In this document: positions 15,926-25,235 of the stretch, in pieces
Layout of the letters: every line of letters begins with the position of its first letter
Position numbering within the stretch: the stretch's first letter is position 1
Assembly (NCBI GenBank): GCA_043743165.1
Contig: JAYTXA010000066.1
Coordinates: 4,847 to 68,846, forward strand
Direction: 5' to 3'
Source: Acidobacteriota bacterium
GTDB taxonomy: Bacteria; Acidobacteriota; Vicinamibacteria; Vicinamibacterales; CAVVIG01
DNA: 64,000 bases
Translations under genes and position numbers: made by a program
The notes under the pieces: model-generated
The model's database searches: none
What the model saw: the letters and a program-made list of their open reading frames with translations, nothing else
What the model was told of the DNA's origin: nothing

Positions 15926-17151
15926 GTTGGAGTTCTGACGTTCTCGGGGCGGTCGTGAAGCGCGGCGGCGGCGCGATTCAGACAGGCCCTTTCGGCTCGC
16001 AACTTCACCAAGCCGACTACACACCGGACGGCGTTCCGGTCATCATGCCGAAAGACATTCGTGAGGGACGGGTGAGCACGGAAACCGTGGCTATGGTGTC
16101 CGAGCCAACGGCCGTCCGGCTAAAGCGTCATCGACTGGCTCCGCGAACGATCGTTTTGCCCCGGCGAGGCGAAGTCACGAAGCGGGCTTTCATCAGGGAG
16201 GACCAACGGGGCTGGCTCTGCGGAACAGGCTGCCTTCAGATAGTCCTGGGCGGCAGCGAGCTGCATCCAGAGTTCCTCTACTACTTCATGGAGCAACAGG
16301 AAGTCGCTCGCTGGCTGGAGCAACATGCGGTAGGCACGACGATGCTGAATCTGAGCGCCGGCATTGTGGCGGACCTCCCCTTGCGCTATCCGGAAGCGGC
16401 GAGCCAGGGACGCATTGCCGGGATTCTCGCAACCTACGACGACCTGATTGAGAACAACCGTCGCCGCTTGGCGCTGCTCGAAGACGCGGCGCGGCAGGTC
16501 TATCGCGAGTGGTTCGTCCGCCTCCGCTTCCCCGGCCACGAGCACACACGCGTCGTCGACGGCGTGCCTGAAGGATGGTCATCGTGGAGAGTTGACGAGA
16601 TCTGCGACGTTGGCCGGGGCGCTTCACCGCGGCCGATAGCCGCGTTCATGGGCGGCGACATTCCATGGTTCAAGATCGGAGACGCGACCGGGTCTGAGAG
16701 CCCCTTCGTGCTCAGAACTGAGGAGCAAGTAACCGATAAGGGCGCCGAGAAGAGCGTCGCCCTTGAGGCCGGCGCGCTTATTCTTTCTAACAGCGCCACC
16801 TGCGGTATCCCATTCTTCACTGGGGTGCCAGGATGCATCCACGACGGCTGGCTGTATTTCACATGCTTGAAAAGAGTGTCGGAGCGGTTTCTCTACTGCT
16901 TCCTCCACTTCAAGAAAGATGAACTCGTCAGCAGCGTCAGCGACGGTTCCACCCAGAAGAATCTCAATACCTCCGCGGTAAGTAGGTTGGTCATGCTGCT
17001 TCCCGACAACGACCGCCTGCTCGGGCACTTCGAGGAGACGGTTCAACCGATGTTCTCGCAGGCACTGAATCTCGCGGGGCAAAACCAAAAGCTCCGAGCC
17101 GCGCGCGACCTGCTGCTGCCACGCCTGATGAGTGGTGAGATCACCGTATGA
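15922..17151 (+). CDS. hsdS: Type I restriction-modification specificity subunit
   Basis: ATGA overlap with the hsdM stop. Two target-recognition halves are separated by conserved helices (RRRLALLEDAARQVYREWFVRLRFPG, and KLRAARDLLLPRLMSGEI at the C-terminus). Confidence 0.9.
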   Translation: MSWSSDVLGAVVKRGGGAIQTGPFGSQLHQADYTPDGVPVIMPKDIREGRVSTETVAMVSEPTAVRLKRHRLAPRTIVLPRRGEVTKRAFIREDQRGWLCGTGCLQIVLGGSELHPEFLYYFMEQQEVARWLEQHAVGTTMLNLSAGIVADLPLRYPEAASQGRIAGILATYDDLIENNRRRLALLEDAARQVYREWFVRLRFPGHEHTRVVDGVPEGWSSWRVDEICDVGRGASPRPIAAFMGGDIPWFKIGDATGSESPFVLRTEEQVTDKGAEKSVALEAGALILSNSATCGIPFFTGVPGCIHDGWLYFTCLKRVSERFLYCFLHFKKDELVSSVSDGSTQKNLNTSAVSRLVMLLPDNDRLLGHFEETVQPMFSQALNLAGQNQKLRAARDLLLPRLMSGEITV

Positions 17152-18881
17152 GCCCGAAGCCGACCTCGAAGCCTACCGTCAACAGTGCGAGCGCGGCAGC
17201 GCCGCCACCAACGCCAACCGTCCTGCTGCAACCGGACAACAGCAACAAGAAGTACGAAGCCCTGTTCGTCCAGATCGACACCGGAGAGATCAAGTTGCCG
17301 CGGTTCCAGCGGGAGTTCGTCTGGGACAAGGAACAGTCGGCCAAGCTGATCGACTCCATCCTGAAGGGCTTTCCCATCGGCACCTTCATCTTCTGGAAGA
17401 CCAAGGAGGAACTGCGCAGCTACAAGGAAGTGGGCAACCACAAGCTGCCGGACACGCCCAAGGGCGACTACGTTCAGTACATCCTCGACGGCCAGCAGCG
17501 CATCACGTCCCTGTATGCCATCAGGAAGGGCATCCGCCTGACCAAGGACGGCAAGGAAATCGACTACAAGGACATCTTCATCGACCTGCACTTCGACGCT
17601 GCGAAGGATGAGCAGATCGTCGTGACGGAAATGCTCGAAGGCCGAGCCTACGTCTCGGTCCACGATGTGCTGAGCAAGTCGCTCATGAGCCTGTTAAAGG
17701 CCCTCGGTGCGGAGCACGCCGAACAGATCGAAACCTACCGGAACACGCTCACGACCTACGACTTCTCCACCATCGCCATCAAGGACTACCCCATCGAGGT
17801 GGCCTGCGAGATCTTTTCCCGCATCAACACCGGCGGGAAAGTGCTGACCGTGTTCGAGGTGATGGTCGCCAAGACCTACGACGAGTCGAAGCGGTTCGAC
17901 CTGTCCGAGCGCTACGAAGTGCTCCGCGATGGCTCGGACGATGAGAAGGACTGCCTGGCAGCGGCGGGGTTCGACACGCTGCCGGCGTCAATCGTGATGC
18001 AGTGCGTGGCCGCCATCACACTCGGAGCCGTTCGAAGCCGCGATATCCTGAAGATCAAGCGAGAGACGTTCATCGCCAACTGGGAACCGATGAAGGCGGC
18101 TCTGTTCATGGCTGTCGACTTCGTCCGCGCCGAACTGCGCGTGCCGGTGTCCCAGCTCGTGCCCTACCCGGCCGTGCTGGTGCCGCTCACCTACTTCTTC
18201 CATACGATTGGCAACAAGAAGGCGAGCAACGACCAGGCTCGCCGGCTGGAACAGTTCTTCTACTGGGTGGGACTGACCGAGCGCTACAGCTCGGCAACGG
18301 AGTCGAAGCTGGCGGAAGACTTCGCCCGAATGGACGCCATTCGCAGGAGCAAGGCGCCCACGTATCCGCACAGCGAACTCGTGATCGACCCGAGCGCGAT
18401 CAAGGAGACGACGTTCTCCGCAGGCAACGCCTACTGCAAGTCGATCCTGTGCCTGCTCGCTTACCAGCAACCCCTGTCGTTCGACACCAGCGGTCTCGTC
18501 AACCTCGACAACAGCCACCTGAAGATCGCGACAAGCCGGAACTATCACCACTTCTTCCCGAAAGCCTACCTGGCCGGCGTCGATCCTCACGCCGAGCCGA
18601 ATCTCGTGGCGAACATCACGCTGATTGACGGCTATTCGAACAAGCACCGCATCGGGAAGAAGGCGCCGGGCAGCTATATCGGGAAGTTCGCCAAGGCCAA
18701 CAAGAAGCTGACCCACGCCCTGAAGACCCACCTGATCGGCGACCTGGACGAATACGGCGTGCGCGACAACGACTACGACGTCTTCATCGATCGGCGGTCG
18801 AAAGCGATCGCTCTCGCCCTGAATGTGAAGTTGGGATCGATGACACGAAAAGAGGCGGCCGAGGCCGACGGGGCCGAGTAG
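17148..18881 (+). CDS. DUF262/DUF1524 (GmrSD-like) protein embedded in the Type I R-M operon
   Basis: ATGA overlap with the hsdS stop. DUF262 motifs LPRFQREFVW, FPIGTFIFW and ILDGQQRITSLY. The C-terminal His-Me-like region is HHFFPKAYL..NITLIDGYSNKHRIGKKAP. Confidence 0.85.
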   Translation: MSPKPTSKPTVNSASAAAPPPTPTVLLQPDNSNKKYEALFVQIDTGEIKLPRFQREFVWDKEQSAKLIDSILKGFPIGTFIFWKTKEELRSYKEVGNHKLPDTPKGDYVQYILDGQQRITSLYAIRKGIRLTKDGKEIDYKDIFIDLHFDAAKDEQIVVTEMLEGRAYVSVHDVLSKSLMSLLKALGAEHAEQIETYRNTLTTYDFSTIAIKDYPIEVACEIFSRINTGGKVLTVFEVMVAKTYDESKRFDLSERYEVLRDGSDDEKDCLAAAGFDTLPASIVMQCVAAITLGAVRSRDILKIKRETFIANWEPMKAALFMAVDFVRAELRVPVSQLVPYPAVLVPLTYFFHTIGNKKASNDQARRLEQFFYWVGLTERYSSATESKLAEDFARMDAIRRSKAPTYPHSELVIDPSAIKETTFSAGNAYCKSILCLLAYQQPLSFDTSGLVNLDNSHLKIATSRNYHHFFPKAYLAGVDPHAEPNLVANITLIDGYSNKHRIGKKAPGSYIGKFAKANKKLTHALKTHLIGDLDEYGVRDNDYDVFIDRRSKAIALALNVKLGSMTRKEAAEADGAE

Positions 18882-18921
18882 TGCAGTCCACGCCGCTCAT
18901 GTCTTGAACATCTTGCCGGCG

Positions 18922-18958
18922 GTTTACAAATTACAGTACTATCGACGTTTTTGTAAAC
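18922..18958. promoter_or_regulatory. 9-bp inverted repeat (candidate XRE operator) in an AT-rich promoter island
   Basis: GTTTACAAA(18922-30)-N19-TTTGTAAAC(18950-58). A possible TTACAG-N17-TAAACT promoter overlaps it. It lies 17 nt upstream of the XRE-ImmA start. Confidence 0.35.
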
Positions 18959-18974
18959 TATCTGATTTGGAGAG

Positions 18975-20054
18975 ATGGGGACAGTCATGATCGGCGCACG
19001 CCTGAAATTGGCACGAGCAGCCGCGGGCCTCTCGCTCCGACAGCTCGAAGGTGAACTCGGAAGCCTGGTCACGGCGCAGGCCATCGGCAAGTACGAGCGC
19101 GACGAAATGATGCCGTCGTCCACGGTGCTTCTCGCCCTCGCCAAGCGCCTTGGCGTCACGGAGGACTACCTCCTGAACCCTGCCGATGTTGAACTCGTGG
19201 CCGTGGAGTTTCGGAAGAAGAAACTCACGAGCGCGAGGGAATCGGCGGCGGTCCAGGCGCGCATCCTCTCAGAGGTAGAGCGCTACCAGGAGATCGAGCA
19301 GATCCTCGGAATCGACGGCCGTAGTACGCCGGACCTGCCGACCAAGGCGGTCAGCGCGCTGGACGACGTCGAGCGCGCCGCTGAGGAACTTCGGGTCGAG
19401 TGGAGCCTGGGCGAAGACGCCATCCCGAACCTGTGCGAGTTCCTCGAAGAGAGGGGCGTGAAAGTGTGCGCCATCCCCCTTCCGGAGAGCGTGTCCGGTG
19501 TTCAGGCCAATGTCAGGTCCGCCGACGATCGCGTCGTGCGCGTGATCGTGGTGAACGCACACCATCCAGGCGAACGCCAACGATTCACGCTGGCGCATGA
19601 ACTCGGCCACCTGTGTCTCGAGGCGTCCGGCAGCCTCGACATCGAGGACGCGTGCAACCGGTTTGCTGGCGCCTTTCTCGTCCCGAAGGCGTTGCTCGAG
19701 CGAGAGGTGGGCAAACGCCGGAAGGCGATCTGGCTCCGGGAGCTGTTCGAACTGAAGCTGCTCTTCGGCGTCAGCGCCCAGGCCATCGCCTATCGCTGCA
19801 AAGACCTGGGAATCATGAGCCAGGCAGCAATGGCCGTGGTCTTCCAGACGTTCAGCAAGAAGGGCTGGCGGAAGGTGGAGCCACTGGCTCGAGCGTCGGA
19901 ACGCCCTGCCCGGTTCGAACGCCTGTGCCTGCGTGCGCTGGCAGAGGGCTTCATCAGCGAATCTAAAGCGTCGGAGCTGCTGAAGAAGAGCACGCGCGAA
20001 ATCATCGCCAGCCTGGACGCCCCGCCCCAGATAGGTGCCGTCGATGCCAGGTGA
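18975..20054 (+). CDS. XRE-family HTH fused to ImmA/IrrE-type metallopeptidase (COG2856-like)
   Basis: N-terminal HTH_3 (GARLKLARAAAGLSLRQLEGELG..ISKYERD-like). Central HExxH: RFTLAHELGHLCLE. Alternative start ATG 18987. Confidence 0.85.
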   Translation: MGTVMIGARLKLARAAAGLSLRQLEGELGSLVTAQAIGKYERDEMMPSSTVLLALAKRLGVTEDYLLNPADVELVAVEFRKKKLTSARESAAVQARILSEVERYQEIEQILGIDGRSTPDLPTKAVSALDDVERAAEELRVEWSLGEDAIPNLCEFLEERGVKVCAIPLPESVSGVQANVRSADDRVVRVIVVNAHHPGERQRFTLAHELGHLCLEASGSLDIEDACNRFAGAFLVPKALLEREVGKRRKAIWLRELFELKLLFGVSAQAIAYRCKDLGIMSQAAMAVVFQTFSKKGWRKVEPLARASERPARFERLCLRALAEGFISESKASELLKKSTREIIASLDAPPQIGAVDAR

Positions 20055-20259
20055 TGGCGCCCTTCGCTCGTTAGCTGAGGCCGAACAGGTCGAGTGCCAC
20101 GGGGTGCTCTGGGTTCTTGACCAGCTCGAACAACACGGTGCCCTGACGGCCCCCCAGTTGGCTGAAGCGCTGACGACCATTCAGGACCATCCACGATGCC
20201 GGTTGCCTGGCGGCGAGATGCGGCGTCGCCTCGAGCGATATCGCGACTCGCAGCCGTAG
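20035..20259 (+). CDS. small ORF, possible remnant of a PIN-like/DUF3368-type protein
   Basis: 74 aa. GVLWVLDQLEQHGALTAPQLAEAL weakly recalls the C-terminal part of DUF3368/PIN-like proteins (from memory only). It overlaps the ImmA end by 20 nt. Confidence 0.2.
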   Translation: MPSMPGDGALRSLAEAEQVECHGVLWVLDQLEQHGALTAPQLAEALTTIQDHPRCRLPGGEMRRRLERYRDSQP

Positions 20260-23200
20260 GGCCTTCTGGTACACAATCGGCCACCAACACACGCGTGGCA
20301 TTCACCGACATCAACAACGAGGACCGGCTGGTCCAGGACACCTTTGCCCGCCATCTGGAAGAGGCGCTGGGCTGGGTAAGCCTCTATGCGTTCAACGCGG
20401 AGACCTTCGGCCCACAAGGCACCCTGGGCCGAACATCGGAACGTGATGTCGTGCTCGTGCGAGACCTCCGGGCCGCACTCGAACGCCTGAACCCGGACCT
20501 GCCGGCGGACGTGCGTGAGCAGGCCGTCGAGACGCTCACCCGCATCGATTTCAGCCGCTCGCTCGTCCAGCACAACCGCGAGTTCTACCAACACATCCGC
20601 AACGGCGTGCCTGTGAGCTGGCGCGACGAACTCGGCGAACTCCGGTACGCCCACGCGCACGTCATCGACTTCCGCGACCACACCCGCAATCGCTTCCTCG
20701 CGGTTCGCGAGCTGAAGATTCAGGGCGTCCGCGTGCCGCATTACAACCGGCGCGCCGATCTGGTCTGCTTCGTCAACGGGCTGCCGCTCGTGTTCATCGA
20801 GCTGAAAGCCGTCTACCGCAATATCCGCGCGGGCTTCGACGACAACCTCACCGACTACCTGTCGGACCACAGCATCCAGCACGCCTTTCATCACAACGCG
20901 TTCCTGGTGGTAAGCAATGGCGACCAGGCTCGATACGGCTCCATTACCAGCAAATGGGAGCACTTCGTCGAGTGGAAGCGCAACGCCGAGACCGACACGG
21001 CTCGTCTCGACGCACAGGCGCTGCTCGACGGCATGCTGGCGAAAGAACGCCTGCTGGACCTGGTCGAGAACTTCGTCCTGTTCGACGACAGCCGCACGGG
21101 CGGCGCGCGCAAGGTGGTGGCGCGGAATCACCAGGTGCTTGGGGTGAACAACGCCGTGGCCTCGGTTATCCGACAGGAAGCGCTCAAGCGCAATTACCCC
21201 ATTGCCGACAGGTTGATTGAGTATCGGGCGCCAGTCGAGCGCCCACTCGCCGCTGAAGGACCTCCGCCCGAGTCGTGGGGAACAGCCTCTGCTGCTGATG
21301 CATCGCCAGACACGGGAATACCGATCCTCGAGCGCGCGCACGACGAGCTCGGTCGCCTCGGCGTCTTCTGGCACACACAGGGCAGCGGCAAGTCCTACTC
21401 GATGGCCTTCTTCGCCGAGAAGGTCAGGCGTGTGGTGCCAGGAAACTTCACCTTCGTGGTGATGACGGACCGGGACGACCTCGACGACCAGATCTGGCGC
21501 ACGTTCGCCGGCTGCGGAGTCATCGACCAGAAGACACCGCGTGCCGGCTCCGGCAGGGAGCTGCAGGAACTGCTCCGCGGGAATCACCGCTTCGTGTTCA
21601 GCCTGATCCACAAGTTCAACCAGCCGGTCGTCGAACCGTACAGCGTTCGCGACGACATCATCGTCATCTCCGACGAAGCGCACCGCACCCAGTCGGGCCG
21701 CTTCGCGAGGAACATGCGGCTTGCATTGCCCTACGCGTCGTTCATCGGCTTCACGGGCACGCCGCTCTTCAAGCACGATCAGCTCACCCGCCGTATCTTC
21801 GGGAACTACGTCTCGCGCTACGACTTCAAGCGGTCCGAAGAGGATCAGTCCACCGTGAAGCTGGTCTACGAGAACCGGGGCGAGAAGCTGCAGATTGCCA
21901 GACTGGATCTGAACGACCGGATTGCCGAAGCTGTGGAGAGAGCGGAACTGGACCCGGACCAGACAGCCCTGCTCGAGAAACTGCTGGGCAAGGACTATGA
22001 AGTGATCACCGCTCCGGGCCGGCTCGACAAGCTTGCCGACGATTTCGTCGAGCACTGCTCGACACGCTGGGAAACCGGCAAGTCGATGCTGGTCGGCATC
22101 GATAAGTTGACCTGCGCGGGCATGCTCACGCGCATCGAGCACCGGTGGAAGACGCGGATTGCTGAACTCGATGCGCTGGTGCCGGTCCGAGAAGCCGACA
22201 TTGCCGCGGCAGCGGACGACCAGACCCGCGAAGAGCTGTCGGCGCGGCTGGCATCCCTACAGCGCCAGATCGCATGGATGTCGAGCACCATCATCGCACT
22301 CGTCATCAGCGAAGCGCAGAATGAGGTCCGCGATTTCAAGAAGAAGAGCTTCGACATCGTTCCTCACCGGGTCCGGATGAAGACCGGGTTCGACACGCCG
22401 GATGGCCGGCGCGTCAGTGTTGACGACGCGTTCAAAGATCCGGACCATCCGTTCCGAATCGCCATCGTCTGCGCCATGTGGCTGACGGGGTTCGATGTCG
22501 AGTGCCTGGCGACGATGTACATCGACAAGCCGATGAGGGCCCACACGCTGATGCAGGCGATCGCGCGAGCCAATCGCGTCTTCCCTGGCAAGGACTGCGG
22601 CGTCATCGTCGACTACAACGGCATGCTGAAGAGCCTGCGCGAGGCGCTGGCACAATACGCCCTCGGCGATGACGGCGACGGCACCGGCGGCACGATCGTT
22701 GGTCCCATCGAGGATCTGGTGGCCAGCCTGCTGGAAGCAATTGTCGCCACCGAGCAGCATCTCCTCGCGCTCGGGTTCGACACCACGCGACTGCGCGGAG
22801 CATCCGGCTTCACTCGGATTGAGTTACTCCGCACTGCCGCTGACGCCGTCTACACGTCTGACGATGCCAAGCGGCGATTCGAGATCATGGCGCGTCTGGT
22901 GTTCGCGCGTTTCAAGCCGCTGCTCGCGGAGCCGAGCGCGCTCATCTACGGCGAGCGCCACGACAACATCGAAGCCATCTACCGAAAGCTGCAGGACAAG
23001 CGGGACACAGCCGACGTGTCCGCACTCCTCGAACAGCTGCAGCAGATCGTGAACGAGGCTATCAGCACTGCTGCGCCTGGCGATGATCAGGCTGAAGGGC
23101 TGACTGTCGACCTCAGCCAGATCGACTTCGACAAGCTGCGCAAGGAATTCGCACGGAAGGCGCGCCGACCGCACACCGCGGTCCACGACCTGCGGCAGTT

Positions 23201-23696
23201 GATCGAAGACAGGCTTGCGACGATGCTCGCGCGCAATCCTCTGTTGATGGACTATCAGAAGACGTATCAGGCCATCGTCGCCGACTACAACCGCGAGAAG
23301 GACCGCACTACCGTTGAGCAGACCTTCGCGGAGTTGATCGCGCTCGCGCAGAGCCTCGACGCCGAGCAGCAACGCGCCGCGCAGGAAGGTCTGACCGACG
23401 ACGAGCTGGTGCTCTTCGACCTGTTGTTCAAGCCTGACCTGGCCAGGACCGAACGCGAGCGTCTGAAACAGGCCAGCCGAGCCCTGCTGTCTGCCGTCCG
23501 AGGCCTGATCCGTCCGATGCCGAACTGGTCGAGGAACCCAACCACACAGGCGGAAGTGAAGGTCTTCATCGTCGATCGGCTCTATGAAGCGCTCCCGCGG
23601 CCGCCGTTCACCGAGGACGAGACCGACGCGGTTGCGAGTCGGGTCTACGAGTACGTCTGGCAGCGAAGCGAATTCGGTCCGACGCTGGCGGCCTGA
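20196..23696 (+). CDS. hsdR: Type I restriction endonuclease subunit (helicase/nuclease)
   Basis: HsdR N-terminal nuclease region (ADLVCFVNGLPLVFIELKA), SF2 motifs FWHTQGSGKSYSM and ISDEAHRTQ, and a C-terminal helical domain. A GTG at 20295 (VAFTDINNEDRLVQ) is a likely true start. Confidence 0.95.
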   Translation: MPVAWRRDAASPRAISRLAAVGPSGTQSATNTRVAFTDINNEDRLVQDTFARHLEEALGWVSLYAFNAETFGPQGTLGRTSERDVVLVRDLRAALERLNPDLPADVREQAVETLTRIDFSRSLVQHNREFYQHIRNGVPVSWRDELGELRYAHAHVIDFRDHTRNRFLAVRELKIQGVRVPHYNRRADLVCFVNGLPLVFIELKAVYRNIRAGFDDNLTDYLSDHSIQHAFHHNAFLVVSNGDQARYGSITSKWEHFVEWKRNAETDTARLDAQALLDGMLAKERLLDLVENFVLFDDSRTGGARKVVARNHQVLGVNNAVASVIRQEALKRNYPIADRLIEYRAPVERPLAAEGPPPESWGTASAADASPDTGIPILERAHDELGRLGVFWHTQGSGKSYSMAFFAEKVRRVVPGNFTFVVMTDRDDLDDQIWRTFAGCGVIDQKTPRAGSGRELQELLRGNHRFVFSLIHKFNQPVVEPYSVRDDIIVISDEAHRTQSGRFARNMRLALPYASFIGFTGTPLFKHDQLTRRIFGNYVSRYDFKRSEEDQSTVKLVYENRGEKLQIARLDLNDRIAEAVERAELDPDQTALLEKLLGKDYEVITAPGRLDKLADDFVEHCSTRWETGKSMLVGIDKLTCAGMLTRIEHRWKTRIAELDALVPVREADIAAAADDQTREELSARLASLQRQIAWMSSTIIALVISEAQNEVRDFKKKSFDIVPHRVRMKTGFDTPDGRRVSVDDAFKDPDHPFRIAIVCAMWLTGFDVECLATMYIDKPMRAHTLMQAIARANRVFPGKDCGVIVDYNGMLKSLREALAQYALGDDGDGTGGTIVGPIEDLVASLLEAIVATEQHLLALGFDTTRLRGASGFTRIELLRTAADAVYTSDDAKRRFEIMARLVFARFKPLLAEPSALIYGERHDNIEAIYRKLQDKRDTADVSALLEQLQQIVNEAISTAAPGDDQAEGLTVDLSQIDFDKLRKEFARKARRPHTAVHDLRQLIEDRLATMLARNPLLMDYQKTYQAIVADYNREKDRTTVEQTFAELIALAQSLDAEQQRAAQEGLTDDELVLFDLLFKPDLARTERERLKQASRALLSAVRGLIRPMPNWSRNPTTQAEVKVFIVDRLYEALPRPPFTEDETDAVASRVYEYVWQRSEFGPTLAA

Positions 23697-23723
23697 AGCC
23701 CGAAGCCCAGAGTCCGAAGCCTG
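23694..23723. repeat. left arm of inverted repeat bracketing the ECF cassette
   Basis: TGAAGCCCGAAGCCCAGAGTCCGAAGCCTG. It begins with the hsdR stop codon. Its reverse complement matches 25203-25232 at 25 of 30 positions (hand alignment; first 15 identical). Confidence 0.5.
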
Positions 23724-23780
23724 CTGTTAACCTTCCTCCCCGCTTTTCCGTCTTAGCTACAAGAGACAGAGGAGCCTGCA

Positions 23781-24275
23781 GTGAATCAGCCCGAGATCAT
23801 CATCGTTCCGTCGTTCTTCTTCATGGTCGGCTACATCTGCTGGTTGTGGACCAGCGCCGTCCAGCGCAAGCAGCGGCTCACGCTGCTGACCGATTTCAAC
23901 GGCAAGCTGCTCGACAAGCTGGGTTCGGTGAGCGACTTCAGCCAGTTCCTCCAGACCGACGCGGGCGCCCGCTTCATGCGCGATCTCGGATCGGAACCGG
24001 CAGCCCAGGCGTCCGGGCCGCAGGAACGCATTCTGCGGGCGGCGCAGGTCGGCGTCGTGCTCATCTGCCTGGGTGGCGGGCTGTTGCTGCTCGGACCCTT
24101 CAGTAATCTGCCGGGCCGCAGCGATGAAGGGCTCACCACGATTGGCGTGATCGCTTTCTCGGTCGGACTTGGCTTCGTCATCTCCGCCGCCGTGTCCTAC
24201 CGGCTCGCCGGCATCCTCGGACTGCTCCGCCGCAGCCCGGAGACTCCGGGCGTTCCTCTCGAATCGCGCGGCTGA
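23781..24275 (+). CDS. membrane protein, unknown function
   Basis: 164 aa with several hydrophobic helices (IIIVPSFFFMVGYICWLW; VVLICLGGGLLLLGPF; IGVIAFSVGLGFVISAAV). The stop overlaps the sigma-factor ATG (TGATG). Confidence 0.6.
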   Translation: MNQPEIIIVPSFFFMVGYICWLWTSAVQRKQRLTLLTDFNGKLLDKLGSVSDFSQFLQTDAGARFMRDLGSEPAAQASGPQERILRAAQVGVVLICLGGGLLLLGPFSNLPGRSDEGLTTIGVIAFSVGLGFVISAAVSYRLAGILGLLRRSPETPGVPLESRG

Positions 24276-24844
24276 TGAGCGACGGACCAAGCAGCATGGC
24301 TGTCCCACACATGGACGCCGCCATCGACGCAGCCGCCGCGGCGCCACGCCTGCTGGACGAGCGCGAATTCCACGCGCTCTATGCCCGCACGGCGGCACCG
24401 CTGCGCGCCTACGTCGTGCGAACGCTCGGTAAACCTGCGCAGGCTGACGACATCGTGCAGGAGACCTACCTGCGGCTGCTGCGCAAGCCGGTGCCGCCGC
24501 GGACTGACGAGGAGCTGAAGGCCTACGTCTTCCGCATCGCGAGCAACCTGGTGGTTGACCACTGGCGCGCGCACAAGCGAGAGACCGGCGACGCGGTGCC
24601 GGAGCAGGGCACAGCGGGTCGCGATCAGGGTCTGCGGCTCGACGTCGGACGCCTCTTCGCGCGGCTCAAGCCGCGAGAGCGACAGCTGGTGTGGCTGGCC
24701 CACGTTGAAGGGGCCGACCACGAGGAGATCGCCAGCGCCCTCGGTTTGCGGGCCGGCAGCATCAGGGTGCTGCTCTGGAGAGCCCGGCAGCGCTTCGCCC
24801 GGCTGTTGCGGGAGAACGGTCACACGCCAGGGGAACGACGCTGA
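24275..24844 (+). CDS. ECF-type RNA polymerase sigma factor
   Basis: 189 aa. Region 2 (DDIVQETYLRLLRK..YVFRIASNLVVDHWR) and region 4 HTH (ADHEEIASALGLRAGSIRVLLWRARQRF). Confidence 0.9.
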   Translation: MSDGPSSMAVPHMDAAIDAAAAAPRLLDEREFHALYARTAAPLRAYVVRTLGKPAQADDIVQETYLRLLRKPVPPRTDEELKAYVFRIASNLVVDHWRAHKRETGDAVPEQGTAGRDQGLRLDVGRLFARLKPRERQLVWLAHVEGADHEEIASALGLRAGSIRVLLWRARQRFARLLRENGHTPGERR

Positions 24845-25197
24845 TGTTTCGCACCCAACGCGACGACAACGAGCGGCTGATCGCGTCCGCCATGCAGGCG
24901 ATCGCCGACACGGGACGAAGCCGGCCGCCACTGCCCGATCCGTCGTTCATCTGGTGGAAGGCGCAGTTGCTGCGCCGCCACGAAGCAGAGCGCGACGCGA
25001 TCGCGCCGATTGAAGTTGGCGACCGCGTGCACATCGGCGGTGCCATTCTCGGCGCTTTCGCTCTGGCCCTCGGCGCCTGGACCTATCTGCCGGCGCTGGC
25101 GTTCACGCCCGCCGTCGCGCTGACCATCGCCGGCAGCGCGCTGATCCTGCTGATGGTGCTCGCCATGGCGACGTTCGAATCGCTTCGCGGTCGATAG
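24844..25197 (+). CDS. putative membrane-bound anti-sigma factor
   Basis: 117 aa. The ATG overlaps the sigma stop. A cytoplasmic N-terminus is followed by two hydrophobic helices. The call rests on position after the ECF sigma gene. Confidence 0.55.
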   Translation: MFRTQRDDNERLIASAMQAIADTGRSRPPLPDPSFIWWKAQLLRRHEAERDAIAPIEVGDRVHIGGAILGAFALALGAWTYLPALAFTPAVALTIAGSALILLMVLAMATFESLRGR

Positions 25198-25202
25198 GAG
25201 AT

Positions 25203-25235
25203 CAGGCTTCGGACTCTCGGCTCCGGGCTCTGGGC
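25203..25235. repeat. right arm of inverted repeat bracketing the ECF cassette
   Basis: CAGGCTTCGGACTCTCGGCTCCGGGCTCTGGGC, 6 nt after the anti-sigma stop. A related third copy in direct orientation to the left arm lies at 25301-25330 (GCCCGGAGCCTGAAGCCCAGAGCCAGCCTG). Confidence 0.5.

Noticed and set aside
20035-20259. Interpreting the 74-aa ORF as the toxin partner of the XRE-ImmA protein.
   Set aside because: It is too short for a PIN or DUF4411 domain. The similarity is only a vague memory-based match to a C-terminal segment. It is kept as a low-confidence feature only.
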